Source: Flectonema sp. DT1601
Taxonomy: Eukaryota
Assembly (NCBI GenBank): GCA_964019425.1
Contig: OZ025802.1
Coordinates: 124,001 to 188,000 of the forward strand
Reading direction: 5' to 3'
Length of the DNA: 64,000 bases
Position numbers and translations under genes: made by a program. The notes beneath the pieces were generated by a model, which saw only the letters and a program-made list of their open reading frames with translations, was not told the origin of the DNA and made no database searches. This document shows, piece by piece, positions 1-10,990 of the stretch (positions are counted from its first letter, which is position 1; each line of letters begins with the position of its first letter).

Positions 1-88
1 AAGACTTTTAATGAAAATGTGTTTTCTAAGTTGTCACATCCATCTCAATTGAGTAGAAGAAATATAACTTCCCAACAGCCACATCTTC

Positions 89-1783
89 TTATGGAACAAA
101 GAATCGATTGGGACCTTTTCCAGACTGCGAACCTATTGTGCAGTTCTTCTTCCTTTGGACGAATTTTCCTTCAGCAGAAACCACCGTCAAGAAATCGGGA
201 GCAGGAGCTCCAGTACGTGAAGTCTGTGACTGCATAGTTTTATTACGCAGAACATGAGGAGGAACAGCTTGAACTCGCCTTCGAGCGAGAACCGATAGAT
301 TCCGATCCGCAGCAAGTCTGGTTTGGGTGGTGTCAGGTGAGTTGCGAACTTTCTCTTTTGACGGGCGCGGCTTAGAAGAAACGTCGTCTTTTGATCCGAC
401 CGCCGGCGGCTCCGGGTGGTATGCGGCATCACCATCGCCCTCCGTGTCAATGTCACCGTCGTATCGAATTTGGTTGTCGGTTGACGATGGATCGTCTGGA
501 CGAGGAGGGACTCCGGCTTCGTTTTGCCACGCTTCGAAATTAATATTCCACATTGCTAAAGCTTCCATAGGAGATACCCTATTATTAATATGATTATTAC
601 TTCTAAGTTGATTATCTTCTGTTATCGAATGGTCAGACATCGCGTCAGACGATGTTGGATCGGTTGTGACGGCTGCTTCAGCATCTTCGAGTTTGACGGC
701 ATTTTCTGCCCGTCGCTCACGAATTCGCTGACGACGATCTCTTCGCTGACGTTCCTTGCGAAGCTGCTCATCAACTCTTTCCTGTCTTTTAACGGCATTC
801 TCCGTCGCAACAAATTGATCAGACTTTCCCATATCTGTTGTTGCTTGAAGTGCTCTGTTCTTCCACCTTTCACTCTCTTTTTGAACTCTTCTTTTGGAAG
901 CATTCGTCTTAGCAAGTTCCTTTCTGGTTGCCTCATATTCCATGTACAGCAACTCAAGAGAGGCTCGTTCTACACGACGCTGTTTTAATGCGTCTTCAAG
1001 TTGGCTGTTCTTCTCTTTTGATTCTTTTAATTGTTTCCTCAGTTTGTGAACTTCGTATTGATGTTGTTTTAAGTTTTGTTGTGCGAGATCTTGTTCAGTT
1101 CTCATCCTCTCGTGACTTGTTTCTAATTGTTTACAACGAGCCAAGACTCCCTCGATAGAGTCGTTCTGCCTTTGAAGAACCATCTGTAAATGGTCGTTAC
1201 CCTGAAGGGCTATTTTAGCTTCTTCAGATAGGGCTCGGTAGGCTTCAGCTCGAAACTTTTTCTCTGCTTCGCTGAGTCTTTTTTTGAATTCTGATTCAAG
1301 CTGTGCTCTGAAATCGACCATTTCCGTATTCGCACGGGATTTTAAATCGTCGTTACTACCCTGAAGTTTTTCTACCACAGCTTCATATTGTAGAAGTGAC
1401 TCTCGTAGGTTACGGTTTTCCTTCTCAAAGCTACTGAATAACTGATTTTCTTCCACAAGACGAGTAATTTCAAGTTCTAAGTATTTATTTCTGTGATCTA
1501 ATTCCATCACCCTAGTCTTCGCCTCTTCGCCTTGTACTTCAGCTTCTTGTCCGCTCATTTGACTTACTTTTTGTAGTTCTTCTTGCAGGAAGTTTATTAC
1601 TTGATCTTTCTTCCCTTCAGCGTCTTTAAGATGTTGGATTAAAGCGTCTTGTTGAGTTAGTTGGAGAGATAGTTTTGCGTATTCTCTTCTCGTTTGATCT
1701 AATTCAGCGAGTAGGTCTTGCATTGCTGTCTTTGTCTCACTGAGTTGACCTTTTCCATCATTTTTCTGTGGAGATCCCGACAT
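89..1783 (-). CDS. Long coiled-coil protein, possibly BBOF1/CFAP157-like flagellar/basal-body protein
   Basis: Open ORF; first ATG (MSGSPQK) at 1783, while the track start at 1798 is TTG. About 360 aa of E/K/Q/L heptad-rich sequence, then a low-complexity tail. Family assignment is by impression only. Confidence 0.6.
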   Translation of the reverse strand: MSGSPQKNDGKGQLSETKTAMQDLLAELDQTRREYAKLSLQLTQQDALIQHLKDAEGKKDQVINFLQEELQKVSQMSGQEAEVQGEEAKTRVMELDHRNKYLELEITRLVEENQLFSSFEKENRNLRESLLQYEAVVEKLQGSNDDLKSRANTEMVDFRAQLESEFKKRLSEAEKKFRAEAYRALSEEAKIALQGNDHLQMVLQRQNDSIEGVLARCKQLETSHERMRTEQDLAQQNLKQHQYEVHKLRKQLKESKEKNSQLEDALKQRRVERASLELLYMEYEATRKELAKTNASKRRVQKESERWKNRALQATTDMGKSDQFVATENAVKRQERVDEQLRKERQRRDRRQRIRERRAENAVKLEDAEAAVTTDPTSSDAMSDHSITEDNQLRSNNHINNRVSPMEALAMWNINFEAWQNEAGVPPRPDDPSSTDNQIRYDGDIDTEGDGDAAYHPEPPAVGSKDDVSSKPRPSKEKVRNSPDTTQTRLAADRNLSVLARRRVQAVPPHVLRNKTMQSQTSRTGAPAPDFLTVVSAEGKFVQRKKNCTIGSQSGKGPNRFFVP

Positions 1784-2152
1784 TGCTGAAGGGAACAACC
1801 TTTTTTTTAGAAGAATATTTATAAACTTTTTTGTTATTTAAGACTGCTGACAACAAAAAATATTCTCAAAATTAATATTACTGTGGTTGATAAAATAAAT
1901 AAACAAACTTGGTCAGCTGATCTCCGTCATATTCTCAAAACCAAAACAAACCAAACGAATCGTAACGGGTGTGGAGAATAACAAATAATGAGAGACACCT
2001 ATTCACATTACCAAGACAATTGTGTAGCTGTGAGGTCACATCAAGATCTATACCTCTTTGAGTAAGGCAAAGAAGAGAGATCGTATTGCCCACTAAAAGC
2101 AAGAGAAGAAATCTTTTTCATTGGACAAGTCTCGAAAAAAAAAATAATTTAA

Positions 2153-3892
2153 CCCTTTAAGCCCTGAAGGCCACTATAGTGGCCTTTCGCGTTTTTTTTT
2201 TTTTGACAAAGGGGAAAAATGTACCTTGTGAGTACAAGGGTGGAGCCAGAGCTGCCCAAAAACGACAAATTTTATGTGGGATCGTGCTGCAAAAATCACC
2301 AGCTTTTTCTGAGAAAAAGTTCATTTTTTTTTTTCTGCACTGGGAACAGTCTTAGCCAGGTTGCCCATGACTATCCCATGTTTTCAGCCAAAAATTAAAA
2401 TCCCTAAAACTATTTCCATCGAAAATGATTCAGTTGGGTCACCTATCCCAGATTTGGGTGCTCCTGTGTCTTCTTCGAGCGATGAAGAGAGTACAATAGA
2501 GCCAAGCATTTCCCCTCTGAAATGGAGCAAGAAAATCACCAAGGTAAAACGACACACGTTTCGGCGGTCCTTGCAGAACATGTCAGACCTGAAATTGATG
2601 AAGGAACTGCAGAAATTTGAACTTGTGTTCACCCCAAAGGTGATGAGATGATTTCGCACTGCAGCAACAACTAGGCACTCAATCTTAACGTAGCTGAACT
2701 CAAACTCTCTTTAGGACTCAATATCCTCGTGGGTCTCTGTAATAAACCAAATATCTCAGATTACAGGAACGGTACATCAGACCCAGCGTACACACCCCAC
2801 TTCGCTTCCTGAGATCGGTTCCTCTAAATTCGAACCAATCTGTAAAACTTTACACTGTCACCAACCCCGTACCTGCTGACAAGCTCTACAAAATCCACAG
2901 CTTTTGGGAAACAATAGTTCCCAAATGGTCCGAGATCAATAAGGCGGAGGAGCAGGGACGGGTGGAGAAGTTCTCTGCCTCGTACTTTCAGTCCTAGCAC
3001 AATGTGCATCACATAATGCACAATGTGCATCACATATATTCAGGGGCAATCCAAAAGAAGTACATGTCTTCAGCACATTGCCTCTCGAGGAGAATTATGA
3101 GACAGCCACGTGATGGACTAAAATAAGGAAATCCATCAAAAAGTGACAATCGACTTACTGGTACAGATCCATCAGTACAACAAACTAATGGGTGGTGTTG
3201 ACCTCGTAGACGGTATCAGGGGGAAGGCAAGAAGAACTCTGATGACAAAACGCTGGACCCTGAAAGTCTTTCACTACTTGTTAGAGATTTCTATCTTCAA
3301 TGTTTTCACCCTCCAAAAGAAGTCTGAAAAAGACGTCGGGACATATGCTCAGTTCAAAAAAAGGCCATGTTCTCAACTTATTGGTCATGGAACACACCAA
3401 ACTCACACAAAATGTCACTACCTACGAAAATTTGATATTTTTGGGGACTGCAGTTCACGGATTTGTTCTCAAAAAAAGTAAGGTCATCGACTTCTTGTTC
3501 AAAAAGCGAGGTTTTCTTATGCATGGATCCCTGCTTCGAACAATATCACGAAAATATTGACAAGTCTTCAGCCCCTGTTTGCAACAACCATACCTTTGCT
3601 ACACACAATCATATCCCACCGAAAAACATGAAACGGAAGCACTCTACTCCTACAACATTGCTAAAATCAAAGCGAACCCAGGGGTCCTAAGCAACAGTGT
3701 TTTTTTAGGCTGTTGTTGCATTTTCTCAAGTTATTTTGGCCCCCTTGCGGGCTGACCTCAGTTTTTTTTCAATGCGCGGGGGGGTGTCTTTCACCCTGTA
3801 ATTTTTTTGTATTTTTCCCCACACCCCTTTTCCCCTTTGTCAAATTTTTCGATTTTTCTCAAAAACAGGGTTTTTGGCCTCTTATTAAAGGG
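2153..3892 (+). mobile_element. piggyBac-superfamily DNA transposon, decayed/non-autonomous
   Basis: TTAA at 2149-2152 and 3893-3896. Termini CCCTTTAA...TTAAAGGG with a further AGGCCA/TGGCCT match. Internal transposase relics. Confidence 0.93.
2361..3560 (+). pseudogene. piggyBac transposase pseudogene (frameshifts, stops, catalytic core largely missing)
   Basis: YNKLMGGVDLVD...KRWTLKVFHYLLEISIFN (3143-3481) matches the piggyBac YNxxMGGVD / RWxxKVF block. Cys-rich end CSKSEVFLCMDPCFEQYH is in another frame. N-terminal fragments ELKLSLGLNILVGLCNKPNISDY near 2695-2765. Confidence 0.88.
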
Positions 3893-4125
3893 TTAAAAAA
3901 AAAAAAAAAACTAACAAAAAAGTAAATTATCTGTCGAAAAAAAAGTCGCAAACGAGGAAAATTAGAAATCGATTGAATACATTTCTGGATACATATCGAT
4001 ATCAGATATTAATATTTGAATGAAAGAAACCAAAGATAAGGAAAGAAACGAAATAAGAAAAAAACAAAATGAAATGAAATCTTTATGGTACTCTTCAGAA
4101 GAAGAGACAAAAAAGCTACCAATCT

Positions 4126-5670
4126 CTAGCTTTGGACTGCTTCTGATTTTTCTCGACTTATCCTGCGTAGTTTGGCATTCTCAGCTTGTGAACCAAAGCG
4201 TTCAGCAGCCTTTTCGAGAATAGCTTTTGCGTAGTCGGAGAACTCATCCAATACTTCTTCGAAATGAACTTTTTTTAAAATATATAATTCACATGTTGTG
4301 TGAGCAACAACTGTCGCAGTTCTTTTTGTTTGATAAATGAGTGCCACCTCTCCAAAAAAACAACCATCAGTTAGGGTAGCCAACACCGTCATTTCACCGT
4401 CGTCTTTTTCAGCTACGACGTTGACACTGCCGGAGGATATGAAAAACATTTCAGCTCCAACATCACCGACTCTGCAAATGTAGGCACCTTTTAATACAAC
4501 TCTTGGTTGTAAGTGAAGGATGACGGCATTCATGAATGCTTTACTGACATCTTTAAATAAAGGAACCTTTTGAATGATGTCTTTATTAACAAATTCTGAC
4601 AACTCAAGTCGGAGATAAGTTGGGAGATCTGACAACAGGGTTCTCTCATCTACACCTTTTCGAGTTTCCCACATATAATCATAATAAGCTTTTACTCTTG
4701 TTTGGATATCTGCTGGTAGTCTTCTGTATTTCATCCAATCGTTTATTGTGTCCATTTTAGTTCTGTGAGCTTCTGAAGTTGCTTCTAAATTTGCAACTAA
4801 AGAACTGACTGTACCAATGACATGAACATACACAGAAAGCCCAATTAATGTGACAACTATCGTGTAAAGTGTTTCAACTGTTCTTATTGGGATTGTATTT
4901 CCGTATCCAGTCATCAGTATAAACGCCCAATACAAAGCTCTAATGTACTTTCTTTGAATCGGAAGGTCTTCCCAACCGAAATATCCTTGCCATGAAAAGG
5001 TCCGACCTCCGTTAGGAATAAGTTGTGGATCGCCCCTATCTGTTTCAGGTCCTTCCAGCTCTAAAATTAGAGAGAACCCACAACCTAATAAATGAGCTAC
5101 GAACATTAGTTTAAATGCAGCTTTCAAAAGTCTGATTTTATTGGTGGAGAAGTTTGGGTTAAATTGTTCAAACAATCTGAAGTAGGAATACACATAAAAT
5201 ATTCTAAGCAACCTGTTAACTCTGAAAACTGGATCATATGACAGCAGCCCCATTAAAATATAATCAACAGGAATACCAGTGAGAACATCGAAAAACAGTC
5301 CTCCAGATAGTCGTTTTGCGTATTTTCGTCTAATGATTGGTCTCTCTGTGACGAAGTATCCGTTTTCTTCCACAGCTGTTCTCATCTTAACCCATATATC
5401 AAGAAAGTGGATAATATCAAATATTACATCAAAAACCATCCATGGCCACAATGCTGTTAGTCGAAACCCTATTCGGATCGGTAAGAATACTGAGATGTAG
5501 ACCAACTGTGATAAAGTTACAACATACCACCATCCAAGAATCTTATTGCTATCAACTAACTCTTGTGTGTCACTCGCGGGATCAGGTAATGGATGAAATA
5601 GCTCTATAGCATTTCTAAACTCTGAAAATCGTGAAGGCGGTACTTCTGTTTTTGCATCCGGTTCAGACAT
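4126..5670 (-). CDS. Cyclic-nucleotide-binding-domain cation channel (CNG/HCN/EAG-like)
   Basis: Six TM segments, S4 RVNRLLR, pore YWAFILMTGYG, C-linker, CNBD (GDVGAEMFFI...GCFFGEVAL...RTATV). Confidence 0.93.
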   Translation of the reverse strand: MSEPDAKTEVPPSRFSEFRNAIELFHPLPDPASDTQELVDSNKILGWWYVVTLSQLVYISVFLPIRIGFRLTALWPWMVFDVIFDIIHFLDIWVKMRTAVEENGYFVTERPIIRRKYAKRLSGGLFFDVLTGIPVDYILMGLLSYDPVFRVNRLLRIFYVYSYFRLFEQFNPNFSTNKIRLLKAAFKLMFVAHLLGCGFSLILELEGPETDRGDPQLIPNGGRTFSWQGYFGWEDLPIQRKYIRALYWAFILMTGYGNTIPIRTVETLYTIVVTLIGLSVYVHVIGTVSSLVANLEATSEAHRTKMDTINDWMKYRRLPADIQTRVKAYYDYMWETRKGVDERTLLSDLPTYLRLELSEFVNKDIIQKVPLFKDVSKAFMNAVILHLQPRVVLKGAYICRVGDVGAEMFFISSGSVNVVAEKDDGEMTVLATLTDGCFFGEVALIYQTKRTATVVAHTTCELYILKKVHFEEVLDEFSDYAKAILEKAAERFGSQAENAKLRRISREKSEAVQS

Positions 5671-6278
5671 GAAAGGGGGATTTTTTTTTTTTTTTTTTTT
5701 TTTTAAATTCTTTTTTGGGCGCTACCGCCCAAAAGAGAGGGGCTGAAAAAATAAAAAATAAAAAAAAAGATCGATTAACGTGATTACATTGGAATATTAT
5801 CATTACCCTGCTATGCATCTTTTTTTTGTAGATATTTTTAAAAGAGGGGAAGAAAAGAAAGAAGATTATGCAACACACTACTAATAATGACAATTAACCA
5901 GCCAGCGGACAGCTCGAGCAAGATTAGAGTGTCAACGCAAAAGAAGAAGAAACAAAAAGACACAAATCAATAAATAAATGATACGATTTGGTTTAAAAAG
6001 TTCAGTCGGTAAGAAGAGTTTCGAAATAACTGTTGTGACCGCAGTGTAGGTTGAATACCTAAGAAATTAGTTTCATTTTTTTTTTTTTTTTGGATTTTTT
6101 ATTTCCAAGTGTATAATAAACTATAGCACATCTAATCAAACAATCACCAAGGAAGATGACCCACAAATCAAACAACAAGGACAATGACGGAAACCAGATT
6201 GAAAAGGCGAGGGTTTTTAATAAAAATTAATAAAAAAGAGCTAGAAGAGAGGAAAAGAAAAAAAAACAAATATATTTG

Positions 6279-6368
6279 TAGATACGACACCTGACAAGAA
6301 GGCTTCCGAGTCTAAGAGGGGTTCCGAGAGAACCCTCAACCTAAACCCATGAAAGAGCCACGTTATCT
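6279..6368. repeat. Dispersed ~90 bp element, copy 1
   Basis: Colinear with 56434-56534: tagata..cctgaca..agaaggcttccgag..ggttccgagaga..tcaacctaaacccatga..gagccac..cgttatct. Confidence 0.85.
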
Positions 6369-6524
6369 TCTTTTGGCTATCCAGAAGAAGAAAAGAGAGA
6401 AAGAAAAAAAGGCCAAATGAGAGAAAAACCTAAAGTCCATAAAATATAATGCAGTGGACACCTGCAATCGTAGACCTGATACAAGATTGTAATAATAATC
6501 TGATTTAAGACTTAAAGTTGAGTA

Positions 6525-8339
6525 CTACGGCTTCAAGACACCAGTACTCAACGCGACTCCATAAGTTCTTGAACGAAACATTTTTTGCTCATTTCTACTA
6601 AGCGCATTAGAGAAGTAGGCTTCTCGGTAATCGAATTTCTTATTAACTTTCTTCTTTTTCTTGTCATCCCCATTTTCCTTATTTTTTTTTGATTTTTTCA
6701 TTGTTTTTTTAGAAGGTGTAGTCTCAGTGTTATGGGATGCGACATCAACAGTTGGGAAATCCCTTTTAAACAACGACTCCCAAAGCCACTTAACCTCCCC
6801 AGCTTCATACCATCTACTAGAAAGAGATAAACACGACCTGATGTCATTAAAACAACTGTACTGAAGAACTATTATTATAATGTCGGATGGCCATAGTCGG
6901 TTTGCATTCCAAGCTTGAATCTGAGATCGAATGTTTTTGTTAGGAAATGCAATGAATTCACCTCTAAAGCCTCTTCCTAGTTGAGACTTTGATGGATAAG
7001 TCATGGTTCTTTTCCAATGGTTAAGAAGAACATCACATTCATAAGTAAAGCCATCACCCGATATAACCGGTGTCTTAAACACAGGAACGAATGGAGCAGT
7101 CGCACGAGCAGTTAGTGGACAAGTAAACTCGTTTGGGATGCCGTTGTAGCTCATCCTCTCTTCAAAAGATCTCAAATCAGGTAGTTGTCTTTCTTGCCTT
7201 CTAATATCATCACGTAGTGATGACAGGATGAGTCTGGCTGCTTTGATTTCTTCGTTTAACTTTTTAGCACTTTTTTGAATGTTTTGAGTTACTTTACATT
7301 TGATGCCCCTCGACATCTGTCCAAACTCCATCGTTGAACGCGTCTCAGTAATGCATTCCTCAGAAGGAGAAATATTACAAATAAGTGTCGATCTGGCATT
7401 GCCACCAATTGAATTCCTAAGTAGTTTCGTAAGGGAACTGTTTCTACAATTTATAAATATCTTTCTTTTTGTTTGTTGTTGTTGAAGAAGGTCACTCATA
7501 AAATTTTTCAAAGCACTCAGAGATCGGTTAATGTTGGCAGTCTCTGTTAGATGTTTACCAACAACTCCACTTCTTAAAACGTTTTCTGAACCAGCGAGAT
7601 CTACCAGAGTCAAGTTGGAAACTAATTGATAATTCTCATCAGGGACATCTTGTACAACGTCAATGAGATACAATGAATGTGATCTGCTACTGCACTCATT
7701 AGAATCAGTCTTTGCGTATTCCCGTTGGCTTTCTGCCAGTTGTAGATGCTGCCAGACTTGTCCAGGTAAGAGTCTGATTCGCTTATTTCCAATCGGTTCG
7801 AAAGGTCCATTTTCATACTCTCTCAGTCTGAGAGGATTTTTCTTTCCTTTCCGACGATGTTTTTCATTTGAAAGTGGAATTTCTGGCATCGGTGATTTAT
7901 CAAAAAGATCGAAGATCAATTCGTTGATAATTTGAACTGCACTCAGTCGGACTGAAACTCCATTCACCCCGGCTGTTTTAATCACAAGTTCATTAAGAAT
8001 ACTGGGTATTAAACCAGGATTATCTTTATTTCCAATCATTGTGTAGGTCTTTCCACTGTTAGTTTGACCGTAGGCCATGACACTCGCATTTCTACCATCA
8101 AGAACTGCTTCTACAGCACTCTTACCAATGCAATTATGAATATCTGTTTGAGTTCCTGAAGGACCAATTGCCATGTCGTATTGATACTCAGTGTCTTGTT
8201 CTATGGATCTCAATTCTAAGTCTCGTGTAGTCGTTCGCATGTGGACCTTTGCTCCATCTAAGCCAGCTTTACAGGTTGGACCATTCTCACCACTCAGAAG
8301 AGGTCGAATTCTCGTCACAACTCTGATTGCCTCACTCAT
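6525..8339 (-). CDS. Kinesin motor protein with C-terminal U-box and F-box-like domains
   Basis: P-loop YGQTNSGKT, SSRSH, LVDLAGSE. Then coiled coil, U-box (IPNEFTCPLT...PVISGDGFTYE...PNKNIRSQIQAW) and F-box-like (LWPSDIIIIVLQY...SLSSRWY...LW). Probable start MSEAIRV at 8339. Confidence 0.9.
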   Translation of the reverse strand: MSEAIRVVTRIRPLLSGENGPTCKAGLDGAKVHMRTTTRDLELRSIEQDTEYQYDMAIGPSGTQTDIHNCIGKSAVEAVLDGRNASVMAYGQTNSGKTYTMIGNKDNPGLIPSILNELVIKTAGVNGVSVRLSAVQIINELIFDLFDKSPMPEIPLSNEKHRRKGKKNPLRLREYENGPFEPIGNKRIRLLPGQVWQHLQLAESQREYAKTDSNECSSRSHSLYLIDVVQDVPDENYQLVSNLTLVDLAGSENVLRSGVVGKHLTETANINRSLSALKNFMSDLLQQQQTKRKIFINCRNSSLTKLLRNSIGGNARSTLICNISPSEECITETRSTMEFGQMSRGIKCKVTQNIQKSAKKLNEEIKAARLILSSLRDDIRRQERQLPDLRSFEERMSYNGIPNEFTCPLTARATAPFVPVFKTPVISGDGFTYECDVLLNHWKRTMTYPSKSQLGRGFRGEFIAFPNKNIRSQIQAWNANRLWPSDIIIIVLQYSCFNDIRSCLSLSSRWYEAGEVKWLWESLFKRDFPTVDVASHNTETTPSKKTMKKSKKNKENGDDKKKKKVNKKFDYREAYFSNALSRNEQKMFRSRTYGVALSTGVLKP

Positions 8340-8693
8340 TTGTTTAAAAACTGTACAGAGAATTAGTAATAATTGGATTTTATTTTCAGGAAGAAGTCGT
8401 CTCCTTATCATTTACATTTCTCATAAAATTCCCTTGCCAATTATATTTTTTGTTTCTCTCATGTGTTTTCATCTTGGTGACGTGTTGCTTACTGAACGAT
8501 GGAAACAAAATTAATCTATCGCCGCTACGTATTTGTTAGTATTATGAAATTGTTTAAAAACATTGAGTTGAGAAAGCAAGATAGTCAAAACATTAAAAAA
8601 ATTGTTCTGCTGTTCCTGTGAAAATGAAACTCAGGTCATAAATTGGAGGAAAATAAAAAGCGTAGCTCAAACATATATACAACGGAACTCTAA

Positions 8694-8817
8694 CAAGACT
8701 GCTGACAACAGCAAGAGGAGTGAAGCTAACATCATTTTTTAATTTATTTTTTTAAAATATTTCTTTAAACTGTGGGAAAAGGAATGAATTTCATACGACG
8801 CCCGTTATTTAAATTCC
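8694..8817 (-). repeat. 124 bp direct duplicate of the GH43 5' flank and first 14 codons (truncated gene copy)
   Basis: Matches 10363-10486 with one substitution seen (gctaac vs gctgac). Reads MMLASLLLLLSAVL, then diverges to a stop. Confidence 0.92.
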
Positions 8818-8934
8818 TCTGAAACTACCGTCAGTTGACATTCCTGCAAAAAAAAGACAAAACACAAAAATCGCTGCCACGACAGTTGGACAACTTTTAT
8901 GTGAAAAGGCAGGAAAAAAGGGAAGGAAAAAGCA

Positions 8935-9056
8935 GAGAGAGAGAGAGGACAAAATAATAGGTTTCTGGGATATTGCAACAGAGAGACGAGAAAATAATGG
9001 GTTTCTGAGAGATTGCAACAGAGAGACGAGAGGACAAAATAATAGGTTTCTGGGAT
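8935..9056. repeat. Imperfect ~40-45 bp minisatellite, ~3 copies
   Basis: gagaggacaaaataataggtttctggga occurs twice, ttgcaacagagagacgaga twice, with a middle variant aaaataatgggtttctgaga. Confidence 0.8.
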
Positions 9057-9363
9057 TCCAAATGTATTAAACAGTGAGCCATCATTAATTATCATAAAAA
9101 ACGCTTGCCGATGTCATGACTAGAAAGAGTCTACCTTGTTTTCAATGGCACATGGTGAAGTGAAATGTGAAAACGTAAGTTTCTTTTCAAAAAAAAGAGA
9201 AAAAAAAGAAAACTCAAGAAGGGCGGCACTTTTAATTTCTGACACGGAATACAAACAACGGGGGTAATGGCAACATTTGTTTTTTAAAAATCCCAAAAAT
9301 GAAAATTATATAGTAATTCAAAAAAAAAAAAAAAAAGATTAGGTTTCCCACAAACGGGAACAA

Positions 9364-10404
9364 CTATTCCAAATCGATAACAAATTGGTCCGTAAATTTC
9401 ATCATTTGTGGAACTCTGCTGGCACCAGCACCAGTCCAGTTCAACAAACTCCAGTAGGTAAAATCATGAGACTTGAGATGATCAGGTGCGGAACCCCAAT
9501 GATTACCAATCCAAACGTATTCCCAACCAGTTGTTGTGTTCAGTGGAAGAACGTACGTTTGCTGAGCAGGAACCGCAAGATAAGAGTTAATTGCAGCAAC
9601 CTGATAGTAGTGACCTAATATAGAGTCTGCCGCATACACGAAAACGCTAGTACCTCCAGAGCAGAAACAGCAGTAACACCCTGTTGCCAATGCGAAATAT
9701 CTTCCTGACTCGCGGTCGATAAAGATTGTTGGCACTCCTCCCAAACATCCTGTTGGGTTTAATGGAATAGACTCTCCTTGAGAATAGATGAAATCAGGAG
9801 TTAGCCTTTCGATACTTACCGTATGTTCCATGCTCGGAATACTAACGTATGTAATATAACCTTGGCCGTCGTCATCAACGAAAACTTTACCACTCTGAGT
9901 GTCGAATCTGGTGAGGTTAGCTTCAGCGTTCACTACCATAAATGGTCCAAATCTACTCTTCGAAGTCGCTACAAGGAACCGGGACAACCGAATATCCTGC
10001 TCTGGAAAATAATCAGCCCAAAGAACATAAAGATCAGTCAACTTGTTGTAAACCACTGATGCTCCCAACATTGTTCCCGAAGGCCGGTTATCCACTGGAA
10101 GCACATTTCCTCTATTCACCCAACTACCAGAAGACAAGTCCTTAGATGTGTACAAAGTTACAGAATGATTAGACATGAATCCACATGACTCTCTTACACC
10201 AATTTTAGAACACCCATCATTCTCAACACAATCATCAAAACCAACGGAGTACCAATGGTATTCTCCATCTATTAAAACAATATTACCATCATGTGCATTT
10301 AGTATATTACCATCTGTGTCTCTACGAGGTGAGATATTTGATATCACTGTGCCGCTGGTTATCAAGACTGCTGACAACAGCAAGAGGAGTGAAGCTGACA
10401 TCAT
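9364..10404 (-). CDS. Secreted glycoside hydrolase family 43-like (five-bladed propeller; resembles GH43_24 galactanases)
   Basis: Signal peptide; NAHDGNI...YHWY, VVYNKLTDLYVLW, FVDDDGQGY, AQQTYV motifs. Confidence 0.8.
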   Translation of the reverse strand: MMSASLLLLLSAVLITSGTVISNISPRRDTDGNILNAHDGNIVLIDGEYHWYSVGFDDCVENDGCSKIGVRESCGFMSNHSVTLYTSKDLSSGSWVNRGNVLPVDNRPSGTMLGASVVYNKLTDLYVLWADYFPEQDIRLSRFLVATSKSRFGPFMVVNAEANLTRFDTQSGKVFVDDDGQGYITYVSIPSMEHTVSIERLTPDFIYSQGESIPLNPTGCLGGVPTIFIDRESGRYFALATGCYCCFCSGGTSVFVYAADSILGHYYQVAAINSYLAVPAQQTYVLPLNTTTGWEYVWIGNHWGSAPDHLKSHDFTYWSLLNWTGAGASRVPQMMKFTDQFVIDLE

Positions 10405-10990
10405 TTTTTAATTTATTTTTTTAAAATATTTCTTTAAACTGTGGGAAAAGGAATGAATTTCATACGACGCCCGTTATTTAAATTCCATTTAGTAGATCTT
10501 CGACTGTCTTTGCACGTTAACTGGGAAATTTTCAGAAAGTCATCTATGTTTTTTTTTTGGTGAACAATGGTTTGCAGAATACGGAGAAATGATACCGAAA
10601 TAAATAAAAGAATCCTGTCAATTATAACCGAACCAAAAGATTACTTAATTAGGTGACTAATCGCCACTTTAGCTAGAAACAGATAGGTACCTAGGACCAG
10701 CTTCGCGTCGTCATCCAGGAGTGACAGTCAGACATACTTGCCCGACTATTATTAACTGTTTTATAATCTTGTAGGATATCGAGGGTATCGAATTGCTAAT
10801 AATAAGTCAGGTGGGCATGCAGTACCCTGCAGTGAGGCTCGCACGTGAGATTCTCTGCATGCAGTCCCGCCTCCAAACCTTGATTCCTCCTCTTTGAGAG
10901 GTATTCCGCACTAGTCAATTGTACGAGTGCTTCCTGAGCTTTGTTGATGTTTCGTAAAAGGCTCTGAACTAAAGACTTCTACAAACAATC

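Noticed and set aside
1840..1855. 16 bp aagactgctgacaaca identical to the edge of the 124 bp duplication
   Set aside because: One 16-mer match among all pairs in 64 kb is plausible by chance; no flanking similarity.
9218..9251. Sequence resembling a Tc1/mariner terminal repeat
   Set aside because: No partner inverted end found in the window.
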